Of a stretch of DNA of 64,000 nt, positions 55,480-64,000 are shown piece by piece. The position numbers and the translations under genes are program-made. The stretch's first letter is position 1. Each line of letters starts with the position of its first letter. The notes beneath the pieces are model-generated. The model made no database searches, was not told the DNA's origin, and was given only the letters and a program-made list of their open reading frames with translations. This DNA is from the human T2T-CHM13v2.0 reference genome, Homo sapiens, in the NCBI RefSeq assembly GCF_009914755.1, contig NC_060930.1. One strand, written 5' to 3'.

Positions 55480-55845
55480 ATCTTGCAAAATCATGCCCTG
55501 TTGATACTTGCTGCTACCTCAGCCCGAAATACCCTTCCCTTCCTCTTATTTCTTCTTAACTTAACCAATTCTTCATCTTTCAAATCTCAGCACAGAGATA
55601 CTTTCCTTGAGCACCCTTATCCCAACTTTAGAATAGGTGGCATTCTATGGCTCCCCCAATGCCCCGTTTACCCTTATCTTAGTACACACCAAACTCTGTT
55701 GTTCTGGCTTATTATCTGTCTCCCTTGCTAGAATCTACCATCTTTGGGACAAAGAGCTGTGTTTGCCTTGTTAAAAGTTGCATCACTTGTCACAATCTAG
55801 ATTAGAATCGATAATAAAAATCACATGTTAAAGGAATGAATGACA
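55480..55845 (+). mobile_element. L2 3' fragment
   Basis: ttcttcatctttcaaatctcagc...tctgtctcccttgctaga...ggaatgaatga. Confidence 0.65.
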
Positions 55846-56836
55846 GTCTTCATTTATCATATCCTTTATTTGGGGCTACATGCCCATAGATGCATGTAGA
55901 AAAGAGGTGCATGGAGGAAACTGGTAAAAAGACACAGAATAAAGGGGGTGGAGTAGGGAACAAAAGCCATACCACCCTATTATGTGAAAAAAAAATCCAT
56001 CACACAAAAGCTGCCCTCCAAGGATGACCCCTTTTCTCTTCATCTTTATTTCCATTCCTGCTTCCAAACTTCTACCTCACTGGTCCTTACAATATGCCCT
56101 CCTTTTTTTCTCATCTTTTTTTTTTTTGCCATATCCTCTACTGCCAACCTCTGACTATCTAACAACTTACCTTTCTCTCTGCTGTCTTCCGGTGATCATG
56201 TTCATCTGATTTGAGTGGTTTTATATTTTTACATTTCAACATCAAATCAACAGAAAAATGGAATCTATTTTGTAAATAAATGTGGTATATAGTACATGCC
56301 TCACATTGATTTATGCATGACAATACATATTATGATTAAAAGATATGCTTTCTAGGTATGAGCAGTGTATCTCATCTTACTATTACATGTCAAAAGATCA
56401 ATAATAGACTTCTGCTTCTGGCCAAGATGAAGTAACAGAGAATGAATTTATAATCGAATCTGAAACAACCAAGAAACTGCAGAACATATATGAAACAACA
56501 GTTTTTCAAGGTACTGAATATCAGGCAATGAAGGTTAGTGATCCCTGAAAGATAGGAAACAAAAAAGGTAAACCCTGTGATTGTCCCAGCTTACAGCCTT
56601 GAGAGAATTTCCAGGATATGGCACAGGGAGAGGGAACCTAAGTGGAGTCTGATAGACTCCCTGAGTTTAAGAAACAGACCTAGGAGTCCAGGGAGACAGA
56701 AGATCCCAGAGTTTACAGGAAAGAGTACCAGAGAAGAGACAGCTTCACAGATACAGAAGTCTAAAATCTCAACTATTAACCTGATTTTGATTCTGCTCAT
56801 ACATGTTAGAAAAACAATAGTAAAAGAAACAGCTGA

Positions 56837-57183
<347 letters not shown>

Positions 57184-57586
57184 TTAACACAGGACCAGGA
57201 ATGATGCTTATTCCCACTAATCAAACTGGAAAGCCTCATAACTCACAGTAAACTGGTAAAGTATTTAGAAGGGTCTTGCCTCTAAATGGAGAATAATTAG
57301 CCCCAGACTAGACACAATTCTGCTTCCACCTAAAATTCATTATGTCTGGCATCTAATAAAAAATTACAAGGCACAAAAAGGGACAGGAAAATGCAGCCCA
57401 CAATGGGGTTCTAGAATAATCAAGCAAACGAAACTGGCCCAGGAATGACATAGACATTAGAACTAGCAGACAAGGACATTAAAATGGCTTTTGTAATATC
57501 CCTTCCTATGTTCAAAAGTTCAGTACAGACATGAAAGATATTTTTTAAAGACTCAAACTTCTAGAGATAAAAATTACAGTGTCTGA

Positions 57587-58369
57587 TGTATTGGTTTTCT
57601 ACTGATATGTAACAAATTATCACGGACTTGGCAGCTTAAAACAACACCCATTTATTAGTGCACAGTTCCATAGGTCAGAAGTCTGAGAGGGCTTGCCTGG
57701 GGTCTATGATTAGGATCCTACAAGGCTAAAATTATGGCATTCACTGGTCTGGGTTCTTACCCACTGGCATTGAAAAAAAATTAACTTCTAGGCTGAATAC
57801 AGTGGCTCATGAATGTAATCCCATTGCTTTAGAAGGTTGAGGCAGGAGTATTGCTTGAGGCCAGAAGTTCAAGACTAGCCTGGGCAACACAGTGAGACTT
57901 TGTCTCTACAAAAATATAGATATAATTTTTTAAATTAACTTCCAAGCTCACTGTAGTTGTTAGTAAAATCTAGTTTATTGTGGATATAGGGCTGAAGTCC
58001 CCATCTTCTGGCTGACTAGTAACCAGGGTTCACTCTCAGCACCTGGAGGCCATTGTCAGATCTTTTTCATGAGGCTCCCTCTATCTCCAAGCCAGCAATG
58101 GCTTAAATCCTTCATGCGCTTCAAATTTCTCTGACTTCCTCTTCTGCTACCATCCTGAAGAAACTCCTCTTAAAGGCCCACCCAGTTAATATCCCTTTTG
58201 ATTCATCCAAATTCAACTGACTAGTAACCGAAGTTACTAAAATTAATTAAATCTGAAAAATTCCTTTTGCCATAAAACATTACAAAATTGGGGATTATAT
58301 CTCATTATAGTAACAATTCTGAATTAGGGTAAAAAATTTGGGAGGTCATTTTAGAATTCTGCCTACCAG
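57587..58369 (-). mobile_element. MLT1E-like solo LTR containing a FLAM
   Basis: tgtattggttttct...gcttaaaacaacacccatttatt...ttagaattctgcctacca. Confidence 0.85.
57791..57931 (+). mobile_element. Free left Alu monomer (FLAM_C-like)
   Basis: Single left monomer; TSD aaattaacttc(t/c)a. Confidence 0.88.
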
Positions 58370-59494
58370 GTATGAAATGAAAAATATTAAGATTGGTGAA
58401 CTTGAAACATAACAACAGAAAATATCCAAAATGAAATACACAGAGAAAAATAAATAATCAAAAAAAACACACTGTGTGAGCATCAGTGAGCTCCTGGACA
58501 ACCTCAAGGAGGCGGGGGGTATTTGAAAAAATAATGGCTCAAAAAATCCAAAGTTGATGAAAACTATAAACCCACAGTAGCAAGAACATCAGTGAATCCC
58601 AGGTACAAGAAAAATGGATAAAACTATACCAAGGCATATGATAATCAAATTGTTCAAAACCAGTGATGAAGAGACAATCTTAAAAGCAGACAGAGAAAAA
58701 AGATACATTATTCATAGAGATAGATAAAGATGAGAGCAATTTTCTCATTGGAAACAATGTAAACAGAAAGATGGTAAAGCAACATCTTTAAAACACAAAG
58801 AGGAAAAGTCAGTCTAGAATGGTACACCCAGCAAAAATTACTTTCAAAAACTAAAGCAATGGCACCTTAGGTGAAGTAGTGAACTATTTCATAATGTTCC
58901 CGGGGCACAGAGTATCACAAGCACAGTGATATCTAAGGATGGAAAAACTTCTAAATTAACTGCTGACTTCAGAGCCATGTAGTAACTGCTCAATCCACAC
59001 CAGCAATGTGGATGGTTCATGTACTACTGCCTCTTTCCCCACTTAACTCGGTTCTGAATTACAGTCTCCTATATATGCACCTGATTGGAACAACATAAAT
59101 TGCATCTAAAAGCCTAACTGCAAGAGTTAAAAAAATGTAATTAACGTTCCAGCCTTTGCAGTCACAAAATACGAAATTAAATTTCAAACAGATATTGACC
59201 AGACGCCATCTACTTTATGTTCCATATCAGCAAAAATGTACACTAGGAACTTCCTAGTATATACATTCCTATATCAGTGTGAATGTCCCTTTGTGCCCAT
59301 CAGCATATTGTTTTTAGCACATACTAGAATCTGGATTCCATTTTTATCCATTGGCCTGTTGGCCTCTCCCATCTAAATAGATAACCATATGTTGTTGTTG
59401 TTGTCGTTTTTCATGGCCTGAGGAACTTTCTACAATGTCTCCAAAATGGTAGATGTTCCAAATATATTCATGCAATTAAACTACATTTGTTGAT

Positions 59495-60975
<1,481 letters not shown>

Positions 60976-61569
60976 TAATGTAAAATAACAATAAAAATGC
61001 TGATATCAATACATTTCTACATCTCTGCCTTCTTCCTTCTTTACTTAACTTTCATCCGGCCATATCCTGACTCCTACCCTCTCTGAACTATATATTGCTT
61101 CTCATCACTTTCGTGACTCCAAAGCCCAGAATGTTTCCCTGCAATAATACTATGTCACTATAAGATTATGTATCTAAACAGGAATTTTAAAGATCTGATG
61201 AAAAACACATCTGGGTAAACCTACAACTCCTGGAAAAGAAAAGACATTACAAACATATCCATAAGGAAAGTTTGGGCTTTTGTCAATGTACTCATAGGTG
61301 CAGGTTGGAGGTTAAAATTTAGTTCAGCCAAATTCTTGAAAAAGCATAAGTCTTAGAGCTTGTAAGGGTCAGGCCAACCAAATTTGAAGAGGTGATCAAT
61401 CTTCTCCACTAGCATTCTTGCATATAAAATGATTGCATTAGATTTTGCAACATTCATTTGCATTTCTTTATTCATATATGCAAATGCTCATTACATGTTC
61501 CTTTCATGTAAATTTTTTTAATATTCCAATTTTAAAAATGAGTTAAATGTCTGACTCCTTTGGTCATCA

Positions 61570-61880
<311 letters not shown>

Positions 61881-63640
61881 TCCTTTGGTCATTTTAGCAT
61901 GAGATTTTATCAGGTTTCTATAAAGTAATCTGTTTAAGTTTTTCTAGAGGCTGATTTTTCTATTCTGCAATTAATCCAGCATGTCTGTTTGAAAATACTC
62001 TTCTCTCTGCAAAACATGTTACAATGGCTTTCCTTTCCTTAATTCTAAGATGGCACTGGATTACAAATGCTTTAATATTACTCATTTCTTTTGAAAAGAG
62101 TTATATTACTTAAGAGAAAATGTTTACCACATTTTCTTTACCAGAACAAAAAATTTGTTTAAAGCTGAAAAATAAAGAATTTAAAGGAATCTTTAAAATA
62201 ACAAAATATAAAGGCTAAATATTTAAAGTTTATATATATATACAATGATAGGACAGCTAGCTGTGAACATCACTTTTTATGTTTTAAAGATGGTTCTTCT
62301 TAATTAAACAATAAAAGTTAGCGATATCACTGCTAATTTATTGGACTAAATTATTTCAGAATAAAGGTAAAGACCAACCACCCTAGATTTTTAACTTAAT
62401 GGGAGAGTTGGGAGGTGGAGCAAATACAGTATTATAAGAATGCTGGTGATAAGAGTTTGCTTTTTGTATCAAAATGTTGATGAAATGGACAAGATTCTTC
62501 ATACATTGAAAAGGTATTGAATGTGTGTAGAAATGAAAACAAAATCTGCTTAAAAAAATTGATTCCGATATGAGGAAATTGGGGCTACAATCAAAGCTTC
62601 AAGAAAAGAGAATGCCAAAAAGGACATACAAGCTCCTCTTGACTCAGAGAAGAAAAAGATCAGAAATATGTTTTTCCTTTTATGATAGTGAGCTTCTGAA
62701 CAGTGTTTTGCTTGCCAGCAAAATTGAAAGTAAAGGGAAAAAAATATTTCAAAGTGAAAAAAAAAAAGATTCCCACCAATATTATAGAGTAAACTGATCC
62801 GAGACAGCAATATATTCTTGAAGAATTCCCCTTGGCTAATACATTTACTATATTTTTCTGCTAAATCCTTTTATCTCTAGTTGTAAAAAATACTTTTGAA
62901 GCATTGCTCAGACAATAACATAAGTTGTAAAAACAATTCTCAATGTGAAAAATGATGTTTATAAAATTAAGTTGATATACACAGACTTAAGCTCAATTTT
63001 TAATAAAATTTAATGATTTGTAACACCTTTCATACAAGTACATTTATTCAAAACATGTAAAGATCCAATTTAATGTAGTGGTGGTAAGGCACTGTAAACT
63101 TCATCATCTACATAAGCAATAGAATTTTCTAACAAAGTGATTTCTGACAGTTTATCTTCTAAAAATCCCAAGTACCACAGTAAAATGTTTTTTGTTTTAG
63201 TATTTATCTATCTCTATATCTATATGTGCCAAATAATACTAATGTTTTACTTGTAGCCGATTTCTATTTTGATTTTTATCATTAAAGTTTGCTATTGGAA
63301 TTTCAGAAGGAAAATTTGAGAACATGAAAGAGCTACAAATGAAGGAATATTGCTGAAAATAACCTGTCATTGCAAGATCTCCCTACACACATTTTTCCCC
63401 TCGTCTCTTTATTTTTCCATTTCACTTGCCCTTGACCACTTCTTTACTATCTATTTTCTCCTAGCCTTTGCCCTAGCTCCAAACTGGGGAAATTAAACAA
63501 ATATTTTCCCCTTAATAGTATGTGTAGAATAAAGCTTTCTGTTCCTTGTTTTTAATTTCACAATTAGGGAACTTTTTGTAGGGTTCTTTTTTATCCTGTT
63601 CTTTAAAAAAAAATAAAATTCTCAATTAAAATATTTTTTA

Positions 63641-63927
<287 letters not shown>

Positions 63928-64000
63928 CTATTATGGTTCTCAAATTGTTTTTCTATGTGGCTGATATCCTTCAAGAAGAAAGATCTTTCTTACTATGTTC

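Overview
This is repeat-dense primate (human or great-ape-like) non-coding genomic DNA, AT-rich and CpG-depleted. I find no protein-coding gene, RNA gene or CRISPR array that the sequence supports. Nearly every long ORF in the track comes from a transposable element or simple repeat. The main elements are a near full-length L1PA4-like LINE-1 (48874-54553, +) with a 19-bp TSD, a full-length THE1B-like MaLR provirus (38106-40461, -) inside an old L1MA, and a 5'-truncated L1PB with a probable 3' transduction (6652-7797). There are also about ten Alus, a dozen solo LTRs, a nested L2>hAT>Tigger cluster and several microsatellites. Repeat subfamily names come from recalled consensus sequences and need RepeatMasker/Dfam confirmation. 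I do not see a convincing new biological system. The best leads are the L1 3' transduction, the rearranged L1PA4 (in-frame RT deletion, A37 tract, retained ORF0 and ZNF93 segment), a possible TE-promoted minus-strand spliced lncRNA, a REST-like site, a GGAA microsatellite inside an Alu, and an unexplained decayed coding-like segment near 62.4-63.4 kb.
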